From Heptranchias perlo (Eukaryota), in NCBI RefSeq assembly GCF_035084215.1, contig NC_090358.1:9920001-9984000 (forward strand): DNA of 64,000 nt, given 5' to 3'. Under the pieces are notes generated by a model, which saw only the letters and a list, made by a program, of their open reading frames with translations, did not search any database and was not told where the DNA came from. Shown in pieces: positions 51,186 through 61,786 of the stretch; position 1 is the stretch's first letter, and every line of letters starts with the position of its first letter. The translations under genes were made by a program, and so were the position numbers.

Positions 51186-51226
51186 AATCATCTGACGAAG
51201 GAGATAATCTCCGAAAGCTTGTGATT
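51186..51226 (+). ncRNA. Minimal type I hammerhead ribozyme in the PLE 3' region
   Basis: Stem I AATCAT (51186-91) pairs with GTGATT (51221-26). Core CTGACGA at 51192-98. Stem II GGAGA-taa-TCTCC. GAAA at 51213-16. Tiny palindromic stem III AAGCTT, with the UH site at 51219-20. Confidence 0.75.
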
Positions 51227-51789
51227 TTAAAATAAATTTGTTGGACTATAACCTGGTGTTGTAAGATTCCTTACATTTGTCCACCCCAGTCCATCACCGG
51301 CATCTCCACATCTTGAATATACTCAACAACTGAGCATCCACAGCCCTCTGGGTTAGAGAATTTCAAAGATTCACAAACCTCTGAGTGAAGAAATTCATCC
51401 TCATCTCAGTCTTAAATGTCTGACCCCTTATCCTGCGGCTATGCTCGCTAGTTCTAGACTCTCCAGCCATGGGAAACAACCTCTCAGCATCTACCCTGTC
51501 AAGCCCCCTCAGATTCTTATATGTTTCAATGAGATCACCTCTCATTCTTCTAAACTCCAGAGTATAGGCCCATTCTACTCAACCTCGCCTCATAGGACAG
51601 CCCTCTCATCTCAGGAATTAATCTAGTGAACCTTCGTTGCACTGCCTCTAAGGCAAGTATATCCTTCCTTAGATAAGGAGACCAAAACTATATGCAGTAC
51701 ACCAGGTGAGGTCTCACCAAAGCCCTGTAGAATTGTAGTAAGAATTCCTTACTCTTGTACTCCAACCCCCTTGCAAAAAAGGCCAACAT

Positions 51790-52567
51790 TTTTTTTTTTT
51801 ATTCGTTCATGGAATGTGGGCGTCGCTGGCGAGGCCGGCATTTATTGCCCATCCCTAATTGCCCTTGAGAAGGTGGTGGTGAGCTGCCTTCTTGAACCGC
51901 TGCAGTCTGTGTGGTGAAGGTTCTCCCACAGTGCCGTTTGGAAGGGAGTTCCAGGATTTTGACCCAGCGACGATATATTTCCAAGTCGGGATGGTGTGTG
52001 ACTTGGAGGGGAACGTGTAGGTGGTGTTGTTCCCATGTACCTGCTGCTCTTGTCCTTCTAGGTGTAATAGGTCGCGGGTTTGGGAGGTGCTGTCGAAGAA
52101 GCCTTGGCGAGTTGCTGCAGTGCATCCTGTGGGTGGTACACACTGCAGCCACTGTGCGCCGGTGGTGAAGGGAGTGAATGTTTAGGGTGGTGGATGGGGT
52201 GCCAATCAAGCGGGCAGCTTTGTCCTGGATGGTGTCGAGCTTCTTGAGTGTTGTTGGAGCTGCAGTCATCCAAGCAAGTGGAGAGTATTCCATCACACTC
52301 CTGACTTGTGTCTTGTAGATGGTGGAAAGGCTTTGGGGAATCAGGAGGTAAGTCACTCACTGCAGAATACCCAGCCTCTGACCTGCTCTTGTAGCCACAG
52401 TATTTATATGGCTGGTCCAGTTAAGTTTCTGGTCAATGGTGACCCCCAGGATGTTGATGGTGGGCGATTCAGCGATGGTAATGCCGTTGAATGTCAAGGG
52501 GAGGTGGTTAGACTCTCTCTTGTTGGAGATAGTCATTGCCTGGCACTTCTCTGGCGCGAATGTTACT
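51790..52567 (-). mobile_element. Poly(A)-tailed non-LTR LINE 3' fragment nested in CR1
   Basis: T-run at 51789-51800 is the poly(A) tail. Minus ORF reads IYKTQVRSVMEYSPLAWMTAAPTTLKKLDTIQDKAARLIG...SLHHRRTVAA. CR1 resumes at gccatttgc. Confidence 0.88.
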
Positions 52568-54204
52568 TGCCATTTGCTTTTCTAATTGCCTGCGGTACCT
52601 GCATGCTAACTTTTTGTGTTTCTTGTAGCAGGGCACCCAAGTCTCTCTGGACATCAACATTTAATAGTTTCTCACCATTTAAAAAATATTCTGTTTTTCT
52701 ATTCTTCCTACCATAGCGAATAACCTCACATTTCCCCACATTATACTCCATCTGCCATCTACTTTCCCACTCGCTTAACCTGTCTATATCCCTTTGCAGC
52801 GGGATCCTGTTTTAAGGCACAATCATCCAGATCTTTCTTTAAGGTACAATCTGAGCACATTTATAAAACCACTGGAAAATGCAGCCCCTCATTTCACTGA
52901 CAAATAGTGACATTCACCATGTTCTTACCAGAAAACCAATTAGGTTGCAGAAAGATAGCATACATTTCTAAATAGAGTTAAAGCATAATTATATAAAATT
53001 GTGGACTCTTCTCATGTTTCGATCCGATCAATTTACATGTATTAAAGCACCTCCAATTAGATATTCAAGAATCATGTGTTTTTATATCGCCATTGTAACA
53101 AATAACCAATTACTCAAGTTAATCCCAGACTAATTTCAGTGCATATGGATGGTTAAGATGACCTGTCCAATATCATATTTCATTTGAGTTTAATTCTTTC
53201 CCATCTGGCAACTTTTTACAGTGGCTTATCTGGTCCTTTTCAATTTTAAATACGTCAGCCTTTGCCAAGGCTGATGGGCGGGGGTTGTGGGGGGGGGGGG
53301 GCGGGGGGAAGAGAAAGAGAACAGAAAAGAAGTAAAAGGAAACCCAATGTGGAGGCGCAAAACACAAACACAGCCAGTGGGCAAGTAACAAAGTGGTATG
53401 GCACCTGACTTGCTGTTTGGTGGATGGCAAAGTGGTTGTGCATCTGCATTAGGTGGGTGCAAGGTGGTTTGCCTTGTTTGGCACTTCATGGCATCCTCCC
53501 CAGAATACAGCAGTGCACCATTCTTGGCTGCAGGTGTTAACCATGCTCAATGCTATGCACACTATCTGCAGGACCTGGGAACAGATGCAGAAGGTGATGG
53601 AACACTTAAGGAATCTGGCAAGGTAACAACATGACAGCTTGCAATCTAGGACCATCTAACCATACATGGTACTATCAAGAGTTGCCTATCGATCTAATCC
53701 ACATTTACAGTTCACTTAAGCCAAGCCCTCACACAAACTTACAGCTCCTTTATTGCATCTCATGCATATGGGATTAGGACTACTGCTTACGTGGAGGATG
53801 AACATCAACACAGACTGGTTGGGTCGAGTGGCCTGTTCCCATGTTGTAATTTCTATGTAATCCATAAAGCACACATTCAAGATGCAAGGTACAATTAAAA
53901 GTCTTGCCACGTTTACATCTTCCATGGGCAAGCCATCTCAAGGCATTGTAACTCAGCCCATGTGGGATCACTTACAAATACAAGGTTGGCCTGTTGGGCA
54001 CAAGTCTGTCACTGTGCATGTGCTCCTTCAACTGCCAGCATCTCAAGACTACATTTTTGCTTGAACAACAAGAGGTCGCAATCCAGACTTGGAAAAAGGC
54101 CTCCATGAAGTATAAGTTACAAAAGCACATCTCTTCTGCCATACAGGTAACTGTGACAGAGCTAATACACCTGCTTCCTTGGTTAACGGCAGCTTGGGGC
54201 AGAT

Positions 54205-54535
54205 TACATCAGATGACATAGGTAGGAAAAGGGATGAGGTCCTACAGAGAGAGTTTCAGGAGCTAAGGAGGAAGTTAAAGAGCAGGACCACAAAGATAGT
54301 AATCTCTGGATTACTCCCACTGTCACATGCTAGTGAATATAGGAACAATAAGATTAACCGTAAGGTTAACATGCGTGGCTGGAGAAACAGTGCAGGAGGG
54401 AGGGCTTCAGATTCCTGGGGCATTGAGACTAGTTCTGGGGCAGGAGGGACCTGTACAAGATGGACGGGTTACACCCCAACAGGGCTGGGACCAATGTCCT
54501 TGCTGGAAGTTTAACTAGTGCTGTGGCGGAGGGGA
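54205..54535 (+). mobile_element. CR1 ORF1 SGNH-esterase fragment (frameshifted)
   Basis: DDIGRKRDEVLQREFQELRRKLKSRTTKIVISGLLP, then in another frame WLEKQCRREGFRFLGH...LYKMDGLHPNRAG, which includes the DGLH catalytic motif. Confidence 0.8.
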
Positions 54536-55048
54536 AGTAGGATGAAGAATCAGACAGGAAAAACAAGATGTACGGAGGACTGGGCACATCAACTCCATCT
54601 CTCCTATGGTAACGATGTGTCAATGCCAAAATCATGAAACAATCTTTACTACACAAGTGTGACATTTCCATTTCCCACAACAGCCATTTTCATGGCTTCT
54701 CTAAAATCGCCATATGAATGTCAAATTAGAGGCAGTTTAGTCCTGCGAGACCATTAACTGGACTGAGACTGCCCAAACTCATTTCATGTCGAATCCATAT
54801 AGTCAGCAGAGAGAGAAAACCATATCAGTTTGGGTTGATTGAACTCCTCAGCTGGAAGGACACTGTTTTAAGCCACTGTGCAATTGAGCATCTAAAAGCA
54901 GTTTAGTGAATTGTGCACGAGGATTAGTACAGCTAAAATCCTGTACTAGGTGTTGCAAGGTTTTCCAGATGCAAAAATGAATAACAGAGCCAATCCATTA
55001 AACAGGTGTAAACTAAGCATTTATACTGAAAAAGGAAAGCTGCTTTAC

Positions 55049-55178
55049 CGCTGCTGCTGAAATGCCAGCAGTCTGAGCTGCAATTGGGGTCCCCTTCTTT
55101 GTATTCTTAAACCCTTCGGTACCACACGAAGTCCGCACCATGCTCTGCCCCTCGTGGGTAGTAACCTGAACGTGTGTG
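55049..55178 (-). CDS. MRPS11: MRPS11 coding exon 4
   Basis: ctctaag|(N)THVQVTTHEGQSMVRTSCGTEGFKNTKKGTPIAAQTAGISAAA|gtaaag; 130 nt, phase 2-0. Confidence 0.96.
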
Positions 55179-55682
55179 CTTAGAGAAAAACATTAGTGTG
55201 TAAGAGATAGAAAAAAGGGGGAAAGAATCACTGGAAATTTGCTAATCATCTTTCATAAACTTTCAGTTACTGCACATTTCTTTTAAATGGTGTTCATCGA
55301 GCTAAAGAATGTTAATGCTGATACACAATGCCACTTGAAACAATCCCAGGTTAAATACAGTAAGGTTACATGCAGACTAAAGCTCTCTCCACTCCGCCCG
55401 GGTCACAGAAGAGCCCTCCTCCCATACTACTGGGATTTTTCTCCATTTCCCACAAAAGTCACACTGGGACCTCTCTGGGTAAGATTGCCAATTACTGCCG
55501 AACCAGGTATAGTTTAGTGCTGTGGGTACATTACCTGTGGGTAATATCATTTCAGCCAGTAGAAGCGATCTTCATCCTGAGAGTCTGAGCTGGATTTAAA
55601 CCTAGAAACCAAAGGCCAGCATCTAACTCACTCCTCCACCCAGTCCTCCCCATGGATGAATACTCTAATCAATTTTTAAAAC

Positions 55683-57600
55683 TACAACAACAACAACTTG
55701 CATTTATATAGTGCCTTTAACATAGAAAAACACCCCAACTTGCTTCATAAAGGCGTAATCAAAAAATGGGTGTCACAGCAAAGGAGGAGATATTAGGTGA
55801 GGTGATCAAAAGCTTGGTCAAAGAGATGAGTTTTAAGAGGGTTTTAAAGGAGAATAGTGAAAAGATATGGGGTTTAGGGAGGGTATTCCGGGGCTTGGGG
55901 CCTACGTGGCTGAAGGCACAGCTGGCAATGATGGGATGAAAGGGAGGGGTGGGGAGGGGAATGTACACGAGTCAGGACAGGAATGATGGGTGAGCAGAAC
56001 TTGGTGTGGGATAGGATACAGGGAGCAACGTTTTGGATGAGGTGAAGTGGATGTTAGAAGGTCAGCCAGGAGACCATTGGAATATTCGAGTCTGGAGATG
56101 ACAGGCATAGATGAAGGTTTCAGTGGCAGATGGGCTAAGGCAGGAAATGTCACTGGGGTGGAAGTAGGCGGTATTTATGATGGAGAGGACATGGTTTTGG
56201 AAGCTCAGCTGCGGGTCGAACAGGACATTGTCTTGAGAACAGCGTGATTTGGCCTGAGACAGTGACTGGGGAGGGGGATTCAATGGGTGCAAGGTTGTAG
56301 AGTTTGAAGTGGGGGGGAAAAAGATGATGACTTCAATCTTCTCAATGTTTAGCTGGAAGACTTTGTGGCTCATCTAATACTGGATGTCAGACAGCTGTCC
56401 AACAACACAGAGGCAGTGGACAAGGACGAGAGAGGTGGTGTCCAGGTAGAGCCGAGTGTCGTCAGCATACATATGGAACCTGACCCCATGTCTGTGGATG
56501 ATATCACCAAGGGGCAGCATGTAAACGAGGAAAAGGTGGGGGCCAAGGATAGATCCTTGGGGACTACAGGGGTAATGTTGCAGGGGTGGGAAGAGAAACC
56601 ATTGCCAGAGATGTTATGGCTACGATCAGATAGGTAAGAGTGGAACCAAGGGAGGTCAGCTCATCGAGCTAGACAATGGAGGAGAGGCTTTAGAGGATGG
56701 TGTGGTTAACCATGTCAAAGGCTGCAGAGAGATCGAGGAAAATGGGAAGGGATAATGGACCACGGTCACAGTCAGAGAATGTCGTTGGTGACTTTGGTTA
56801 TGGCCGTTTTGGTGCTGTGGCAGAGGTAGAAATCTGATTGGAGAGATTCAAACAGGGAATTATGATAAAGATGACCACAGATTTAGGAGGAGACAACACA
56901 TTCAAGAACTTCGGAGAAGAAAGGAAGGTTAGAGATGGGGCAGTACTTTGCAAAGACACGGGGGTCAAGGGTGGGTCTTTTGAGGTGGGATTGATGAAAG
57001 CAGTTTTAAATGGGAGGGGACCAGTACCAGAGAAGAAGGAACCATTTACAGTCAGATAGAACGAAGGCCAGGTAGGGAAGTTGGGTAGCGAGCAGTTTAG
57101 AAGGAATGGGGTCATGGGTGCAGCTGGGGAATTTAAATTCAATTAATTAAATAAAAATCTGGAATTTAAAAAAAACTAGTAGCAGTAATGGTGGCCATGA
57201 AACTACTGGATTGTCGTAAAAACCCATCTGGTTCACTAATGCCCTTTAGGGAAGGAAACCTGCCGTCCTTACCTGGTCTGGCCTATATGTGATTCCAAAC
57301 CCGCAGCAATGTGGCTGATTTTTAAATTGCCCTCTGAAATGGCCCAGCAAGCCACTCGGTTGTTCAAGAAGGCGGCTCGCCACCACCTTCTCAAGGGCAA
57401 TTAGGAATGGGCAATAAATGCTGGCCCTGCCAGCGACGCCCACATCCCATGAACGAATAAAAAAAAAAGTTGGATCTCATGGATGAGACAAGCTCAAAGA
57501 AGGGATGAGGAGAGAAACTAGAGAGAGATGTGTGTTCAGGACTAGGGAAGAGGGTAAACTGGATGGAGGTTTGGCTTGCTGGGCAAGGAGAAGCAGAAAA
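55683..57600 (-). mobile_element. L2 LINE, decayed, interrupted by a SINE at 57128-57468
   Basis: (caa)n tail plus cttgcatttatatagtgcc. Minus peptides FQLNIEKIEVIIF, SRLEYSNGLL, FKTAFINP. The 5' boundary is approximate. Confidence 0.85.
57128..57468 (+). mobile_element. SINE-like element with a LINE-derived, poly(A)-ended 3' tail
   Basis: Non-coding body (aaaacccatctggttcactaatg...ggaaggaaacctgccgtccttacc...). The last ~105 nt match the 3' end of the LINE at 51790-51897. Confidence 0.75.
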
Positions 57601-58315
57601 ACATAATTAATTTTTAACTCAAAACGAACTTAAATCTAGGGTTGCTTTGGTTAGGAAGGAGTTATTGGTATTTTTCAGAAAATGAACTTACTATATTCTG
57701 AATGTATTGATTTTTAAAAAAAAAACAAAAACGTAATAAGTTTTTCAAGGCCTCAAGTATTGCTGGTGCTTTATATATTTTTTATAGATCTAATTTCAAA
57801 ATGTAATGCTTTCTGCTTCAACCACCACATACTCAAATTCAGCGAAGCTTTGAATGAATTATTGATTTAATTCGAATGTTCACTCTAGTGAGAGATGCTG
57901 TTGACACTAGAGCTGCTACACCAGCTTTAAGTTTTCTGCACAGCATTCTGATTTTTCGCTGCCATTTCCCCCCCACCCCCGTCAAACTTCTCTCCTGAAG
58001 GCACTGACTGTTGCTTGGGTGCCAGCAGCCCTCCAGCACCTCACCAAAGTGGCTATTTTTCATATGGACAGTGATTGTCCAGAAGCTATTTGATCATATG
58101 GTGCATTAAAGCCAAGCTCAATCCTGTCCTCGACCAACATCCACACGTGCGCTTTCCAGGAGTCAATGGATAGTGATCAGCAGTCGGAATCCCAGCTAAC
58201 TTTTTCCCCTTTCTTAACCCGGGCAGTGAGGCCAATTATAGTGCCCCATCCACCACCCGCCTCAGATAAGCGAATTCCACATTAGTCACTAAATATCACT
58301 GCATCAGATACTTAC

Positions 58316-58414
58316 TTATTATATGTTGCCTTGATGTGCACTATGTGTAGATCTTCATACTTTATGCCTCCCCAGCGCAAAGGGCTCACCTGTCCTGGCA
58401 TTGGAGGTAGGATA
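58316..58414 (-). CDS. MRPS11: MRPS11 coding exon 3
   Basis: ttcacag|(S)ILPPMPGQVSPLRWGGIKYEDLHIVHIKATYN(N)|gtaagt; 99 nt, phase 2-2. Confidence 0.95.
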
Positions 58415-59369
58415 CTGTGAAGGACACACAAATAAAGAACTCCAGTCATTCAACAGTATGAATAACCTGTGGATGAGAAAAGGCCATTTGGCCCATTGCG
58501 TTTCAGTCCAATACATTGGTGCTGTGGGCCGCCCGTTTTTATAATTGTACATATGACAATGTACTTAGTTCCTGCTCCAATGATTCACCATAAACAAGTA
58601 ATTACAAGCTCAGAGGAATGATCAATGAAGAGAATCATTATTTTGGGAGGGCAAGTGGAAAGTACTCCTCCTATACATTGAATAAAGCCCTTATTTAATC
58701 TCGTTTGGAAATTTCATCACTTTTATCAACATCCAGTAGTCTACTGGATTGTTATGTTGGGTCTTCTCTAATTGGGATACCGCTCTGCTTATGAAGGCAG
58801 CAGGTCCATCATGGATCAGCATCCCTCCTTGTCCTGCATGGTAAACCCAGTTGTCCTGAGAGGCTACAGCATTCAATACCATATGTGACTAAGACCTAGC
58901 TGTGCCTGTTTAACTGCAGTTATTTAGCCACATAAGTGATCCTTCCGATCTTTGCAATAGCTAACATATTGTGAAGAATTTGTAAGCATGAAGTAAGTGA
59001 AAGTTTTACAACACCCACTGCAAAGCCAGATGGAAAGGAAGAGAGTGATTCACAATACCAATTTCTGCTAAATTCCTTCAAGTCACACCAATGCATAAGG
59101 TTTATGCTCTATACTTAGACTTACAGATCAGATTCCTTACCATGCCCTCCCAAATTTCCTCACCTTCTTAAGGCATTGACTCTTGCTGGAGTATGGTTCC
59201 ATGGACACAGGTAGCCCCTGGTTCCTCATGTATGTGGCCATTCTCCAAACTGACAGCTTGACTAAGTGAAAGCACTCTCAGTTAAACGGCAGATAAATGA
59301 AGTTGAGATACAGATCGGCCATGAATGGTGGAACAGGCTTGAAGGATTAAATGGTCTACTTCTGTTCCT

Positions 59370-59730
59370 AGCACTCTCAACTGTGAGTCAGAAAGTTATG
59401 GGTTCAAGACTCACTGCAGAACTTGACCACATAACCTAAGCCCCATCTGCCTGTCCAGGTAGACATAAAAGACCCCATGGCACTTTTTCACAGGTGATTG
59501 CCAGAGCACTGGGAGCTCTCCCAGTGCTCTGGCAATCATTCCTCCTCAACAAATGCTTCCAAAACAGATTAACTGGTCATTTATCTCACTACTTTTGAAG
59601 GACCTTGCTGTGTGCAAATTGGTTGTGTTTGCCTGCAAAACAATGACTACAAGTCAAAAGCAATTTATTAGCCACGAAGCACGTTGGGATGTCCTGAGCA
59701 CACGATATAAATGCCAGTTCTTTCTTCTTT
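59370..59730 (+). mobile_element. Deu-type SINE, internally deleted
   Basis: gcactctc..ctgtgagtcagaaagttatgggttcaag head...accttgctgtgtgcaaattgg...atataaatgccagttctttc tail. Confidence 0.7.
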
Positions 59731-60321
59731 AGAAAGTGAATGTCAGCAAGCTATTTGAACAAGTGGGGAAATCACAATCAAGCCCAATCCTGTTCTCACC
59801 AATGTCCACTTTCCAACAAGGGTCAGTGGATAGTGAGCCTGAATAGAAACCCTGGCTAATTTTTCTGCTCTCTAGCCTAGAGGCACTGAAGTCAATTGTA
59901 GAGGTGCTGAAGTCAATAGTAGTGCCACCTATCACACATTCCAGATTTTACAAAACCTGCTAAACAGAAGGTATCTGGAAAAGTTCTGTACTATTACCAA
60001 ACAGGAAAAGGTTAGGCACCTTTTGTCCAGTTCAAAGCCAGACTGGGCATTTAAAAAAAGACTGTTTACCTGTGTGAAACAATCAGATTGCCAATGTGCA
60101 AAATGGGGCTTGGCTCCACATGAAAGGCCAGATCATTTTGCTTGTGGCCTTTATTAAGATCCTGTCTCAGAAAACAGGACTTTTCCTGTTCAGTTTTCAA
60201 ACATCACAATTTTTGGGTGGCCACTCCTGAACTTGGACTGTCTGGTTCAAAACTGGACATTTGGTTGCCCTCAACAGCTATCTAGTTTAAAACAGTGCAG
60301 CTGATAAAGGAGGTGAAATAC

Positions 60322-60450
60322 CTGAAGTCTGCTGAATGCCTGGCTTGTGTTAGCTCTGTGGAGCTGCTCTCCTTTTCTGCCAATTCCTGCAGTCTCTGTA
60401 AACTGGTGTGTACTCGTTGGCACTGGGCCTCCACTAAACTAACATGAGGA
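60322..60450 (-). CDS. MRPS11: MRPS11 coding exon 2
   Basis: ttcttctcccag|(R)PHVSLVEAQCQRVHTSLQRLQELAEKESSSTELTQARHSADF(S)|gtattt; 129 nt, phase 2-2, fitting exons 1 and 3. Weakly conserved transit-peptide region. Confidence 0.85.
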
Positions 60451-60934
60451 CTGGGAGAAGAAAATGTAGTCAAGTTAGTATGAATACAAATCAAATGCCA
60501 CACATTAAAGATTTAAATGGACTGAATTTACTTTAATGACTGCAATAACCAGAACTCATACAATGGCCCTGTGACAGTGAACAATGAAGATTTGACCTCA
60601 TTCCCACCCTCCTATATCACTGAACTCCTGGTTTCAGCCCCACTACTTTGGTTAAGCACATGGAGCCAAAACATTTGCACTTCTTTTCTTTATATGTCAG
60701 TACTGAAAGCTGTCCTGCATTTTCAGAGGTGCTGCCCTTTGGGTAAGACAATAAAGCAAAGCCCCACATGTCTGTTTCTGTGGTTTAGGCAGATGATAAA
60801 GATCCCATGGCTCAATTGTAAGGCAAACAGAGAGGTCTCCATGCCCTGGCCAACATTCTTCCTCAAACAACAGCAAAACCAGATTAATTGGTCATTCAAC
60901 AATTTGTACTTAAATAGCACCATTTGAATTAGGC

Positions 60935-61300
60935 ATAAGGAAACTGATGCTGAGTCAGGAGGGGGTGACCAAAAGTTTGGTCACAGGGATGGCTTTTTAA
61001 AAGAGAGGTGAGGAGCTTTAGAGACTGAGTTGCAAGAGTTAGCATTGAGGTGGCTGAAGGCCCTGCTGCTAATGATATGGTAAATGAAAGGGGGATGCAC
61101 AGAAGGCTGAAGTGTTTGGGACAGGATGTAGAGCTGGAGGAGATTGCAGAGAATGGACGACAATGCCTTGGTGGGATTGATAGACAAGAGCAAAGCTTTG
61201 AAGGACTAGCATCCAATGTAGGTGAGTAAGGACAGGGATGCTGGGTGGATGTAGAACACCATATGTATATGGCTTTGGATAAATTGGAATTTATGGAAGA
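60935..61300 (-). mobile_element. Decayed L2 3' fragment
   Basis: ggtgaccaaaagtttggtca...gtggctgaaggccctgctgctaatg is similar to the L2 copies at 14150-14300 and 55795-55930. Confidence 0.65.
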
Positions 61301-61721
61301 TGGGAAGAAAGACTTGCATATATGATTTAGCACTTTTTTGAAGTCTAGTCACAGTTGTAATGCAGCAGCCAATTTTGCACACAGCAAGGTCCTACAAACA
61401 GCAATGAGATAATGACCAGATAATCTGCTTTGAGTGATGTTGGTTAAACCAGCAAGGACAGATATTGGGAGTAGTAGAGTTTGGAGGTGACAAAGGGGTG
61501 GGTAGCGATTTCAGCAGTGAATGGGTGGAGGCGGGCGGTGGACATAAGCGGTCTTGGTGACTGAAAGTGAGTGGGACTAAATGAACACAGAGCCAGACAG
61601 ACAGCGCACAATGGGCCGAATGGCCTCCTGCGCCGTAAAAGGGCAGGAAGGGGCGACTGGTGCCCATGGAAACGTAACCCAGCAGCGGTCAGCGCCCTCT
61701 GAGGAAGGCGCATCTACTAAC

Positions 61722-61786
61722 CGGCAGCCCATGGCCTGCAGCAGCCCCCGGCCCAGCGACCACAGCACATTCCGTGGCCCCAACAT
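61722..61786 (-). CDS. MRPS11: MRPS11 coding exon 1 (mitochondrial targeting peptide)
   Basis: ATG at 61786 gives MLGPRNVLWSLGRGLLQAMGC(R)|gttagt. Arg/Leu-rich with no acidic residues; 65 nt, phase 2. Total CDS is 597 nt = 198 aa plus stop. Confidence 0.75.

Larger units (their letters stand above)
49166..51311 (+). mobile_element. Penelope-like element (Neptune-type), 5'-truncated, with 11-bp TSD
   Basis: TSD CTTGAATATAC at 49155-49165 and 51312-51322; RT plus GIY-YIG ORF; 3' region with a hammerhead motif. Confidence 0.95.
48996..52800 (-). mobile_element. CR1 LINE (5'-truncated) hosting two nested insertions
   Basis: aagaacataagaaataggagcagg tail at 48996. CR1 pieces at 48996-49165, 51312-51789 and 52568-52800 join into continuous ORF2 3' sequence (MEYNVGKCEVI...; RGDLIETYK...). 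Confidence 0.92.
46633..54009. repeat. Intronic tandem duplication, copy B, interrupted by a ~3.8 kb nested retroelement cluster (48996-52800)
   Basis: Similarity to copy A stops at gctgatccagctc.ttat (~48994), resumes at ttaagg.acaatctgagcacattta (~52840), and ends at ttgggcacaagtctg (~54008). Confidence 0.9.

Noticed and set aside
42967-53634. Paired similar ORFs (42967/46587, 43368/47028, 46060/53226, 46262/53398) suggesting a duplicated gene family
   Set aside because: They arise from the intronic tandem duplication; ORF ends and frames differ between copies and no domain is recognisable.
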